Shown piece by piece: positions 25,428 through 34,971 of a stretch of DNA of 64,000 nucleotides. Origin of the DNA: a virus. Under the pieces are notes generated by a model that was not told the DNA's origin, ran no database searches, and saw only the letters and a program-made list of their open reading frames with translations. Numbering within the stretch: the first letter of the stretch is position 1; each line of letters starts with the position of its first letter. Both the position numbers and the translations under genes were made by a program. The DNA is taken from positions 72,576-136,575 of the IMG/VR virus record IMGVR_UViG_3300017917_002765, one strand, 5' to 3'.

Positions 25428-27833
25428 TTAATCTGAACTTATAAATTTAAATGAGTTTGTTTCATTATTACCATTATTCGTGTTTGTTACAGAAACTTGC
25501 CCGATAAATTCTGAACCATAATTAAGTTGAACAATCCTAATATCATTACATTTACTTGCAATATCTCCTGTATAGCCAGTAGTTATTTTTTCAAGACTAA
25601 GACCAACAGATTGTGTTATACCGCTAGTACCATTAATTGGACTTGGTACCTTTGTACCATAAAATGGATTTTCACAGAAGAATGATGTATACGGTTTATA
25701 AGCAAACTTTTGCGTATCAAAAATTGTGTTTGAATAAATTTTCACACTACCCCAAATTGTTGTTGCTGGAATTACTTGTTCAACAATATCTACCCAATAA
25801 TCACCAACCAAATCAGAAAACTCTTCCATAGTCTTATAATCAAATTCTGAACTATTTGTTGAACAATAATCAGAACTTGACATGTATCTATCGTATAAAG
25901 CTCTTAATGTTGGGTATGAGGATAAGGTTCTTCTGTTTTTTACATCAATTAATTCAGATGTTAAATAGTATTGAAAGTCTTCAATTATTGTAACAGCCGA
26001 TAATGGTTGTGTTAATAATGAATTAAAATCAATCAAATTATCACCACAACAACCACTTAAACATTCATTACAATTAGTCGTTCCAGTTAATAAACATGGG
26101 TTATCTGAAATATATTTCCAAACATCAGTTTCAATAGCCATTGATAAATTAATATCTAAATCAATTTCTTTACTATTTAAAACTAATCTTTCATCTTCAG
26201 TATTATAATTAGTTTGTCTAATTGGGTTAGCGCCACTTGAGTTTAATATCTTAAAATCTCTATTTAAAAGTGTTGTATTACTTATCCAAGATTTTTTATT
26301 ATCTCTAATTCTATCTAACTCAAATCCAGGACAATTTGTTACGAAAATATTTGTTTTAGTTACTCTACTACAATCCTTATTAAGTTTTATATTATCTAAC
26401 AAAACACAAATATCTGTACAAGTATTGTTAATATTTAAACTAATTTTTATTTTTTTATCAGCAATGAGCGCTATTATGTTTGGGTCTGTAATAATAGTTG
26501 AATAAGATAACCATTTAGAACTAAATGAGCCGTCAGTTAACTTATTTAAAGTCTCATTTACTGATAAACCAGACTCTATAGATAAATCATTTAATAAATT
26601 AGATGGTAAAGACTTACATGAATCAGGTATAATATTTGACTTAATTTTCATTGAGTTACCAGTCGTTTCGTCATAAACATAAAACCCACTCTCAGGTGTT
26701 GTTGATAGATACTCGTAAAGATTTCCATTACCAATAGCTGGAAATACGTCAAAGGCTTCATAAACTGAAGTACTTTGATTATTTTCAACAACATACAAAG
26801 TCATTGTTACATCAAGCGTTTCAAAAAAGTTTATTGGTTTGTTACATTCACTTGTTACTAATCCGCTTTCAGTTAAAGCATTTAATTCATTTATTAATGA
26901 TTGAACTCTAGAATTACAATTAGATAATTGTTGTTCTAAAATTTGTTTTTGATTTAATAATTCTGTTTTACTACCAAAAGGTACATTACATAAATAAATC
27001 AAATTATTATTTATATTTCTTTGAATTAAGACATCAATATCTGCACAAGTATAAGAATTAGAATCACCATTTAAGAATAATGAATAATTAAAATCACCAA
27101 TTATTCTCTTAAATAAATCAAGACCATCGTCAGTTAAACAGTATGTTCCAACATTTTGATTAACTAAAGATTTGTATTCGCTATTAGAATCATCTATTGG
27201 TACCTTTTTTGTGTCATCACCAAAACCAGTATTTTCAAAAGATTGAGCAACTGATGTTGGGATTGTTGGTAAAGATTCTGGTGTAATATATTCTGCACCA
27301 CATTCAACTGAATATGGTGTGTTATCAATTTGTTGTTGTAATATGTCAATTTGAGTGCTAATTGTTTCACACAATACAGTCTGTTCCTCAATATCATTTT
27401 GAAGTTTATTGATTTCAAACTTGACTTCTGAATTAAGAAATGAAACGGAAGTGTTTGTGTTAGTTAACATGTTCATTAGAGATTTACAACTAACTTTAAA
27501 CAAATAATCGAATTCTATATTTAAAGAACATGTTTCATTATCAAAAACATTAAAAACAGCACCATCATTACCAGTAGGGTTTAGTGTTAATTTATATGAA
27601 TTATTTATTTCACAGTTAGATGGTGTACCCCACATACATTTTTGGGTATTTTCATCAAATACATAATTAGGGGATAATGTTTCACAACAGTTTTTGTTAA
27701 GTTTAACTGGTATTAATTTATCACCACTTTTTTGAAATAAAGATACGGAACCGTCAGTATTTTCAATAACACTACCATTTGTAGCTCTGACTTGTTCTAC
27801 AGTTAAACACCTATTTATATAATCTGTTACCAT
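25428..27833 (-). CDS. Cys-rich putative baseplate-associated protein
   Basis: In the structural block; coiled coils; C-terminal YWVDIVEQVIPATTIW motif. Confidence 0.6.
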   Translation of the reverse strand: MVTDYINRCLTVEQVRATNGSVIENTDGSVSLFQKSGDKLIPVKLNKNCCETLSPNYVFDENTQKCMWGTPSNCEINNSYKLTLNPTGNDGAVFNVFDNETCSLNIEFDYLFKVSCKSLMNMLTNTNTSVSFLNSEVKFEINKLQNDIEEQTVLCETISTQIDILQQQIDNTPYSVECGAEYITPESLPTIPTSVAQSFENTGFGDDTKKVPIDDSNSEYKSLVNQNVGTYCLTDDGLDLFKRIIGDFNYSLFLNGDSNSYTCADIDVLIQRNINNNLIYLCNVPFGSKTELLNQKQILEQQLSNCNSRVQSLINELNALTESGLVTSECNKPINFFETLDVTMTLYVVENNQSTSVYEAFDVFPAIGNGNLYEYLSTTPESGFYVYDETTGNSMKIKSNIIPDSCKSLPSNLLNDLSIESGLSVNETLNKLTDGSFSSKWLSYSTIITDPNIIALIADKKIKISLNINNTCTDICVLLDNIKLNKDCSRVTKTNIFVTNCPGFELDRIRDNKKSWISNTTLLNRDFKILNSSGANPIRQTNYNTEDERLVLNSKEIDLDINLSMAIETDVWKYISDNPCLLTGTTNCNECLSGCCGDNLIDFNSLLTQPLSAVTIIEDFQYYLTSELIDVKNRRTLSSYPTLRALYDRYMSSSDYCSTNSSEFDYKTMEEFSDLVGDYWVDIVEQVIPATTIWGSVKIYSNTIFDTQKFAYKPYTSFFCENPFYGTKVPSPINGTSGITQSVGLSLEKITTGYTGDIASKCNDIRIVQLNYGSEFIGQVSVTNTNNGNNETNSFKFISSD

Positions 27834-27851
27834 ATACGTTTTATATAAGTA

Positions 27852-30560
27852 TTATTGAGAAGCATTTAATTGCGAAACTTCTGATATAGCTGATGATGAA
27901 TAACATCCACTAGCGTCATTTAAAACATTAAATTTATAAGCTTTATTTTTATAATGATTAAATAATACACTTGTTGACCCTAAAACAATGTCAGAAATTC
28001 CTTTATCAGTTAGTTTACAAGAAGTTCCTCTTTGGTTAGAATATTTGTCAATAACATTTGGTACTTGTATTGTATAGTCTTTAAGACAATTACAACCATC
28101 TGGCATAACAGTTGTTGCCACACCACTTGGTTTAAAAAACACAACATACTTATCACCATTGTTATCCGAATATGGTACAGTCGAAGCTGACCAACCACAA
28201 CTAACTAGACAACCACATCTTTCAAGACTAAGATTATTAGTTAAAACATATGGTTTACAACAAACATATCCATTATTTTCAAAAAAATCATTTGCTTCAA
28301 GATACCATGGAGTACCTTGTAAAGTTGTTTTGCAACAACCTGTAGATGTATAATATGAATTGTTATAAATAGGGTTTCCATTACTATCTAGGTAAATACT
28401 ACCATCAATGTTGTATTGATAATATTTAAAATTATATAAACCCATCTGTGGATTAAATACACTAGAAGCCAATGATGAATCACAAGGTGGTTCTGTTATA
28501 TTTTTATTACTAACACAAAGACTCATTACATTATCTTCATTTGGTATTTCACATCCACAATCATTTAAAACTGGACTTGGATTTGGGTCTTTTTCAATAC
28601 TAGGTGTAAATATAACACACTTGTTTATGTCAATACCATCAAATGTTGATATGTTTACAGTATCTACTACGGTTTGTGTTGTAACTCCATAATTAAACTC
28701 ACCTAAGTCATAGTTAGTATATAAATTATTAGTAAATGTAGTTGTTGTTTCAGAACTAAGAGTTACTGGTTGAAAATTTGGAATCAAACATTTTAATTGC
28801 TCAAAATATTTGTGTCCACCATCATATGGACCAACATGTGGATTATTACCAGTAAGTATATCTATCGTGGAACCAGTACCTCCAGTTTCTCTATACCAAA
28901 GACCATTGTTTTGGAAATACATATTATTGGTATTCGGTAAAAATCTCGGATAACCGTCAGAGTCAATTGGATATAAAGATATATCAGTATCCAATCCGTT
29001 TAATCTTAGAACTTCTATAAATAATTCTACATCTATTGGTGCATCTGCTTTGTAGATATATTCATTAAACTGAATCAATCCTAATGGTGCCCCAATAAAC
29101 TTAATTAAAAACTCAACAGCTTTTCTACTACCTTTTGATTTCCAAATCCAAGGACTGTTTAAAATAATTCTTCTCCAAAGTTCAATATCAGCTTCAACTG
29201 CTGTTAAACCAACTGATTGTCCAGAATAAGTTGATGGTTTTGGTTTAACATAACTAGCTAATAAATCATTATCAAAAACCGATGATACCAATTCCCACCC
29301 TAATACTCTAGCTAAATTTTTAAGATAAATGTCTGGTGTATTGTCTAGTTTATCATACGTTACTGTATTTGAAAATTTAATACCAGTAATGTATTTGTTT
29401 AACTCATCAAATTCTCTACCATAGATTTGAAGAGTTTTGTTAACTTTTTGCCCAGATGTATCTTCATCCAAACCAGAAAGTCTAACTGGTGCTGTATCAA
29501 ATTCTGAAATTGATTCTGAAACTAAAAATCTATTCATCAAATTACTAGAAACCAAATCACTATTGGTTGCTATATCAAATAATTTAGTTGCATAATCTTG
29601 ATAAGCAGTTGTATCAAAATCAATATTATAACCATCTGAAACTGGCCATGTTAAACTTTGTTGTGTGTTTAAAATTATACCTAGTTCTGATTTTACGGAG
29701 TAACTAAACGTTGCAGTATACAAAGGAATTACATCCCTACTTAATAAATAATACTGAAAATCTGGTAATTCATTAAAGAATTTATCACAAACAATACTAG
29801 AAGGTTTAATATGATAGTTTAAATATTGACTAGCAGATGTACCACTAAATGGATTACCTTTAACATTAAAATAAACATAATCATTTGTTTCGTATGTTGA
29901 AGCTGTAAATGCTACAACTGGGTATTCTACTTTATCATAATAAATAACATATGAAGCATAATTTATTGTTAGATTACGTAAATTATTAGTTTCACTAAAA
30001 GTATTTAAAATACTACCATTTTTAGTATAATTAATAGCAAATTTATTAACTATAAATGATGTGTTTACTTTAAAGCTAGAAACCTCTGTTAATTTATCAT
30101 AAGCATAGTCTTCAACCGTAAAACCAACAACTGTTTCACCTAAATTGTTTTGACTTATTGGGTCTAAATACAAAGACGCTGGCCATTTTATGATGATTTC
30201 TTCCAAAGAAACTCTCATGAATTCACTTAAAGAACCAAACTGAGCGTAGTAGTTTAAATTTGTTTTATCCAAATTTAATATAACTGTGGCATTGTCATTT
30301 AATAAAATTTGAGCCTCATCAGGTGTTACATTTAAATCTGTTAGTGTAATAAAATTCGAAAAGCTAGTAGTTGTGTAAGTTTTAGATATTTTTGGGTCTA
30401 TATTTGTCGTAATAGAAAAATTACCAAGAGTAAATAAAGGCGTACCACCATCACTAGCCAATTGAAGACCCACCAAATCTGGTGAGAAATTTCTGTATTC
30501 TATACCATCGGCATAAGTAACTTTTTTTGCGTAACCTACAACTTTAATTCTATTGCTCAT
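27852..30560 (-). CDS. Baseplate wedge protein with P2 gpI / T4 gp7-like domain
   Basis: PDIYLKNLARVLGW...WRRIILNSPWIWKSKGSRKAVEFLIKFIG; Cys-rich C-terminus. Confidence 0.7.
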   Translation of the reverse strand: MSNRIKVVGYAKKVTYADGIEYRNFSPDLVGLQLASDGGTPLFTLGNFSITTNIDPKISKTYTTTSFSNFITLTDLNVTPDEAQILLNDNATVILNLDKTNLNYYAQFGSLSEFMRVSLEEIIIKWPASLYLDPISQNNLGETVVGFTVEDYAYDKLTEVSSFKVNTSFIVNKFAINYTKNGSILNTFSETNNLRNLTINYASYVIYYDKVEYPVVAFTASTYETNDYVYFNVKGNPFSGTSASQYLNYHIKPSSIVCDKFFNELPDFQYYLLSRDVIPLYTATFSYSVKSELGIILNTQQSLTWPVSDGYNIDFDTTAYQDYATKLFDIATNSDLVSSNLMNRFLVSESISEFDTAPVRLSGLDEDTSGQKVNKTLQIYGREFDELNKYITGIKFSNTVTYDKLDNTPDIYLKNLARVLGWELVSSVFDNDLLASYVKPKPSTYSGQSVGLTAVEADIELWRRIILNSPWIWKSKGSRKAVEFLIKFIGAPLGLIQFNEYIYKADAPIDVELFIEVLRLNGLDTDISLYPIDSDGYPRFLPNTNNMYFQNNGLWYRETGGTGSTIDILTGNNPHVGPYDGGHKYFEQLKCLIPNFQPVTLSSETTTTFTNNLYTNYDLGEFNYGVTTQTVVDTVNISTFDGIDINKCVIFTPSIEKDPNPSPVLNDCGCEIPNEDNVMSLCVSNKNITEPPCDSSLASSVFNPQMGLYNFKYYQYNIDGSIYLDSNGNPIYNNSYYTSTGCCKTTLQGTPWYLEANDFFENNGYVCCKPYVLTNNLSLERCGCLVSCGWSASTVPYSDNNGDKYVVFFKPSGVATTVMPDGCNCLKDYTIQVPNVIDKYSNQRGTSCKLTDKGISDIVLGSTSVLFNHYKNKAYKFNVLNDASGCYSSSAISEVSQLNASQ

Positions 30561-30566
30561 TTTCTA

Positions 30567-31490
30567 TTATAAGGTTGTTACAGTTGAAAATCTTTTAGTA
30601 AAATCAATACTGGTTCTTTGTTCTCTAATTTCAAACAATGGAGAACCAGTAAACCTATCTTTGATTTCATACAAGTCATATTGCTTGTAAATATCATTAT
30701 TAAAGTTATAAATAGTATAAATTCCATCTTCAAGAGACTTGGTTTGATTACCAAATATACCAAAAGCTAATGTTTCAATATCGTGTTGTACCACTTCAAT
30801 TTCAACCATTATAGGGTTAAAAAATGTATTTGTAATAATAACATTTTGGTTTGGTTGACCAATGTATGGTAACGCATTTGGTTTAACGTTTGATGCTGAA
30901 GCTGGTGAAACTGTACAAAAAGTTAATGATGAATTGTCGTTAAATCTATATCTAATAGCCTTTTGATTTGAATTTGTTAAATTTTGATTAACTGCTTCAG
31001 CTCTGTTATTTGATGTTATAACCCTAAAAAAGTTGTGAATCTTTGCATCTGGAGATGATGTGTTTGTATCTAAATATTCAACTCTATAACCAACCAACCC
31101 ATTATTTTCAAATTTAGCTAAAAATTCAGTAGGTATTGTTGATGTGTCAAATAATAAACCAGAAATATCTGGAAAAGCAGATAATACACCAACATCTGTA
31201 ATTGTTGTTCTAATCTCTATAGGTTTTATAATAATGGTGTAAAAACCCTTAAGACCAAATGTAGCTGCTGGTAGCTTAAGCGTATACATACCACCAAATA
31301 ATTCAAAACCAGTTATGTTTGATTGGATTTTATTTGGGTTATCTATAGGTATTAAAACTTCAGATGGATTCAATTTTGAAAGCGCTGTGTTTCCTATACT
31401 ATCTCTAGATGGTGTAAAATGATAAAATATCTCTACATCACTTGGCGTGATGTCAGCTGGTCGTACTATTCCATAGGTGCCTGTTGCCAT
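30567..31490 (-). CDS. Putative virion structural protein
   Basis: 307-aa beta-rich ORF in the baseplate block. Confidence 0.6.
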   Translation of the reverse strand: MATGTYGIVRPADITPSDVEIFYHFTPSRDSIGNTALSKLNPSEVLIPIDNPNKIQSNITGFELFGGMYTLKLPAATFGLKGFYTIIIKPIEIRTTITDVGVLSAFPDISGLLFDTSTIPTEFLAKFENNGLVGYRVEYLDTNTSSPDAKIHNFFRVITSNNRAEAVNQNLTNSNQKAIRYRFNDNSSLTFCTVSPASASNVKPNALPYIGQPNQNVIITNTFFNPIMVEIEVVQHDIETLAFGIFGNQTKSLEDGIYTIYNFNNDIYKQYDLYEIKDRFTGSPLFEIREQRTSIDFTKRFSTVTTL

Positions 31491-31539
31491 TGTATGTTTT
31501 TAAGTTTTAAAGATAGTTATAGTTTCAAATAAGTAATTA

Positions 31540-32337
31540 TTATGTTCTTCTTATGGTATAAAAACCGTTACCGTATCTGGTAAGTTGTCCCAAATTTGTA
31601 ATTTCAGACATTCTTAAATGCATATCCATAACGCTAGTTACACCTCTTTCTATAAATACATCATTTTGTACTTCTGGTTTAGAAATAATTCCAAATAAAT
31701 ATTCTTCTTTTGTTAAAGCCGATAATGATACATTTGTTTGATTTAATCCTTCACCAACAAATCTAAATTCAGTTAAGGGTATTGTGGTTTGAACACCATC
31801 TATTATCGTTGTTTTGGTTAATCCAGTGTAATCTTTATATAAAATTCCAGTATTTTGATTGTTGGTACCAATATCCTGATTATTTTCAGCATCAAATACA
31901 TATATAGAAGGTTCTCCGTCACTAATTATTCTACTAACTCCATCAACATTTACTCCTTGATAATTGGTATAATTTTCAACATCCATATCGAACCCTACAA
32001 TATATCTATCATCCTCATCGTAAGACATCAAATCTTCTTTTTTTGTATCGGTTGTTCCAGTAATAAATAAATTTTGATAATTGTAATAATTCGTTTCATT
32101 GGTATTTTGAAATCTAAGTGTAATAAGTTCTGTAGGTGATAAAGGGGTTGTGTAAGTTGTCGCTGTAATTGATGGAATGTAGTCTAAATTAGTAAAAAGA
32201 CCCATATCATCAATATTTTGTGTTAAAAAAACATTAATGTAGAAAGAAGTAGCAGTTAAGGTTCCCCAATTCGAATTGTTGCTACTCCTATCTATACTAT
32301 TTTCTAGTAATATTTTACGTTTAATAATAGAATACAT
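31540..32337 (-). CDS. Putative virion structural protein
   Basis: T/N-rich ORF in the baseplate block; ATG at 32337. Confidence 0.6.
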   Translation of the reverse strand: MYSIIKRKILLENSIDRSSNNSNWGTLTATSFYINVFLTQNIDDMGLFTNLDYIPSITATTYTTPLSPTELITLRFQNTNETNYYNYQNLFITGTTDTKKEDLMSYDEDDRYIVGFDMDVENYTNYQGVNVDGVSRIISDGEPSIYVFDAENNQDIGTNNQNTGILYKDYTGLTKTTIIDGVQTTIPLTEFRFVGEGLNQTNVSLSALTKEEYLFGIISKPEVQNDVFIERGVTSVMDMHLRMSEITNLGQLTRYGNGFYTIRRT

Positions 32338-32351
32338 TTTCAATAATTATT

Positions 32352-33209
32352 TTATAATGCCCTTATTTGATATAAATTAACCCTAACAATTTTATTACGG
32401 TTGACATAAATAACATTATTTGTACCTGTAACCCCTGAATTACCTTGATAAGTGTTATCTATTTCATAATAATAACCATCATCTTTTCTAGTTAATTTAT
32501 ATCTAGTATATAATTCGTGAACTAATTTATCAATTGGTTGTGGCGAATTTTTAACCATAAGGTTTGTTGACGTACCAATTTTTGCATTATTAAAACTAGC
32601 TCTCATGTATAAATATTTTGATTCATTTACCGCCAATTCATCTTTATAATCATATAAATAAAAACCTTCAGAAACTTTATCTGGGACAAATAAAGGACTT
32701 TCTATTTTAAAAGTTAACGTAATAGCAGTTGCTGGTAATGGTTGACCTGGAATACCATTTACACTACTTGCAGGGAATAAATTGTCAACCGTAAGTCTTG
32801 GATATAAAGTTATATTATTGACTAAGTTTTGAACCAAGGGATTGTCACTATCGTAAAAATTTAAATTTATAAAACTTTGTTTAAACGCTTCTGTTTGAAA
32901 TTTAATGTCATCATTTGTGAATCCAATTGCTCCATAATTATTAACATAAGTGTTATTTATGTACATATAGACATTGTAATAAATACCATGTAAATAATTT
33001 CCATTTAAATCTAATGGTGTAAATCTGACTTTTTCATAGTCGATTATAGGGTTTATTGCTTTTTCTGTTTCTACATCAACAAAAACTCTATCAACCAACT
33101 CAGCTTGGTCTACCAACTGATATTGCATATTTATAGGAATATTAATAGTAGTAGCAGTAGTTTCACCACTAATAGTATTCAGATTTATTTTAAAATTATT
33201 AACAAACAT
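32352..33209 (-). CDS. Putative virion structural protein
   Basis: 285-aa ORF in the baseplate block. Confidence 0.6.
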   Translation of the reverse strand: MFVNNFKINLNTISGETTATTINIPINMQYQLVDQAELVDRVFVDVETEKAINPIIDYEKVRFTPLDLNGNYLHGIYYNVYMYINNTYVNNYGAIGFTNDDIKFQTEAFKQSFINLNFYDSDNPLVQNLVNNITLYPRLTVDNLFPASSVNGIPGQPLPATAITLTFKIESPLFVPDKVSEGFYLYDYKDELAVNESKYLYMRASFNNAKIGTSTNLMVKNSPQPIDKLVHELYTRYKLTRKDDGYYYEIDNTYQGNSGVTGTNNVIYVNRNKIVRVNLYQIRAL

Positions 33210-34971
33210 CTTCTGAAGAATTAGATTTAAAATTATCAGTTATTCTTTCACCAATAGGGTCAGCAGGAAATTTTCCGTAGTATAAATCCCATTCATCAAA
33301 TGGGTCTTGTCTTCTAAGGTAAAAACAATAGTTATTATACAAATAATGACTACCGTTTAAAAAAGCATAGTCTATTAAACTTGTGTTAGTTTGAATTACC
33401 CCAATATCTAAAATATCTCTCCAAAAATATTGACCATTACCCAAATCAGAAGCATAGCTTGGTATATTACCAGTTGTCGCTGTTGTTCCTTGTTCCACAT
33501 ACGTAGATAGTTGTTTTATTTTTAACAAATTGTGTGGTTTGTAAAAATAACCTTCTTGTCTAGGACCTAAATTAGTTGTTACTAGTGTAGAATCATTATT
33601 AACTTGTGATGAAATATAAGTTATTTCAGCAGTATATTGTTCTCTATTAATCGTATTAAATCTATGCAAAACATCAGCTAACACTGTTTCTTTTACTTCA
33701 TATTTATTATACTCCACCAAATCACCATAAAAATCATTAGTTAGTGAATTTATTTTGATATCTAATTCCAATGGAACATGACTAGGCCATGGAGAACCAT
33801 TTCCGTTATGTATTTTATTAATTACTGGAATTTTTCTTAAATATTGAATCGTTGGGCTATCATTTAATCTAGCTATTAAAGGTGTTTCAATACCAGATGA
33901 AACTTTTGAAAACAAAGCATTACTGTCTGTTTTAATCATGCTTAAATAAAGTTCTGTTAATGGTCTCCCTAAATTATCAGTTAAATTACTAATATCAACA
34001 TCATCATTAAAACAAAATTGAGTTATAGAATCATTATATATATTTTGACTAAATGCTACATTATAAACTTCAAAATCACCATCTTTCATTACTGGGTAAT
34101 TTTTTGTTTTTATTTTTTTAAACCTTCTAAAATAATATTGTGATTCAAAATTATTTACAACCCTTTTAATTCTAGAATTTTCATTTATTAACCCTATTGT
34201 TGGATTGGCATCAATCACAAAATAATAGTCTTTTAAATCACCATTATCTTTACCAGTTCTAACAACAATATGGTCACCATCATAATTAACTGTTCCACTT
34301 ATTCTAACAACATCACCAACTTGTAAATTATGCTTACATGGCATAGCAAAAGCTGTCATTACCCTTGTAGAAACAACTGCTGGTTCAATATCTGCAATCA
34401 ATAATCCACCATTAACTAAAGTATGCTCACTATCTACAGCGTGTGGATACGTAATAGTTAACTCCCAGTTTTTAACAAATGGTAAAGAAGGGTTATTATA
34501 TGGTTTTATATCTGGTAAAAAATAAAACCTTTCTCTTTTTGGTTCCATATCAAAAAACCCACAAAAACCAGTTCTAGATATGTCTGGTTCATAATAACCA
34601 AACCAACCTTGATTTTCAACCAAATTTGAATTTATTACAGTAGTATAAACAGGTTCAAAAAATCTATATTCATTTGTTATTGGGTCTTTATAGTTAAAAG
34701 TACTCCAAGTATATTCATCATTATTGTATGAATCATTTAAATTAAATAATGGGTTTGAAGCTACTAAATTAATTGTACCAATAATCCTATAAAAAGTACT
34801 TCTTTGTCTTTCAACATTAAATCTTTCAGCAACATTAACAATATTAATTATTTCATCTGGAGGTAATAACCTTTCACTATTATCTAAAGAAATCTTCAAA
34901 TATGCATCAGTATTGGTGTTTTCTTTAGATAATTCAGAATTTAAAATCTTTTGTATTCTTTCAGTACTCAT
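33199..34971 (-). CDS. Putative virion structural protein
   Basis: 590 aa; contains a HNLQVGDVVRISGT..YDGDHIV beta-barrel module seen in tail proteins. Confidence 0.6.
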   Translation of the reverse strand: MSTERIQKILNSELSKENTNTDAYLKISLDNSERLLPPDEIINIVNVAERFNVERQRSTFYRIIGTINLVASNPLFNLNDSYNNDEYTWSTFNYKDPITNEYRFFEPVYTTVINSNLVENQGWFGYYEPDISRTGFCGFFDMEPKRERFYFLPDIKPYNNPSLPFVKNWELTITYPHAVDSEHTLVNGGLLIADIEPAVVSTRVMTAFAMPCKHNLQVGDVVRISGTVNYDGDHIVVRTGKDNGDLKDYYFVIDANPTIGLINENSRIKRVVNNFESQYYFRRFKKIKTKNYPVMKDGDFEVYNVAFSQNIYNDSITQFCFNDDVDISNLTDNLGRPLTELYLSMIKTDSNALFSKVSSGIETPLIARLNDSPTIQYLRKIPVINKIHNGNGSPWPSHVPLELDIKINSLTNDFYGDLVEYNKYEVKETVLADVLHRFNTINREQYTAEITYISSQVNNDSTLVTTNLGPRQEGYFYKPHNLLKIKQLSTYVEQGTTATTGNIPSYASDLGNGQYFWRDILDIGVIQTNTSLIDYAFLNGSHYLYNNYCFYLRRQDPFDEWDLYYGKFPADPIGERITDNFKSNSSEDVC

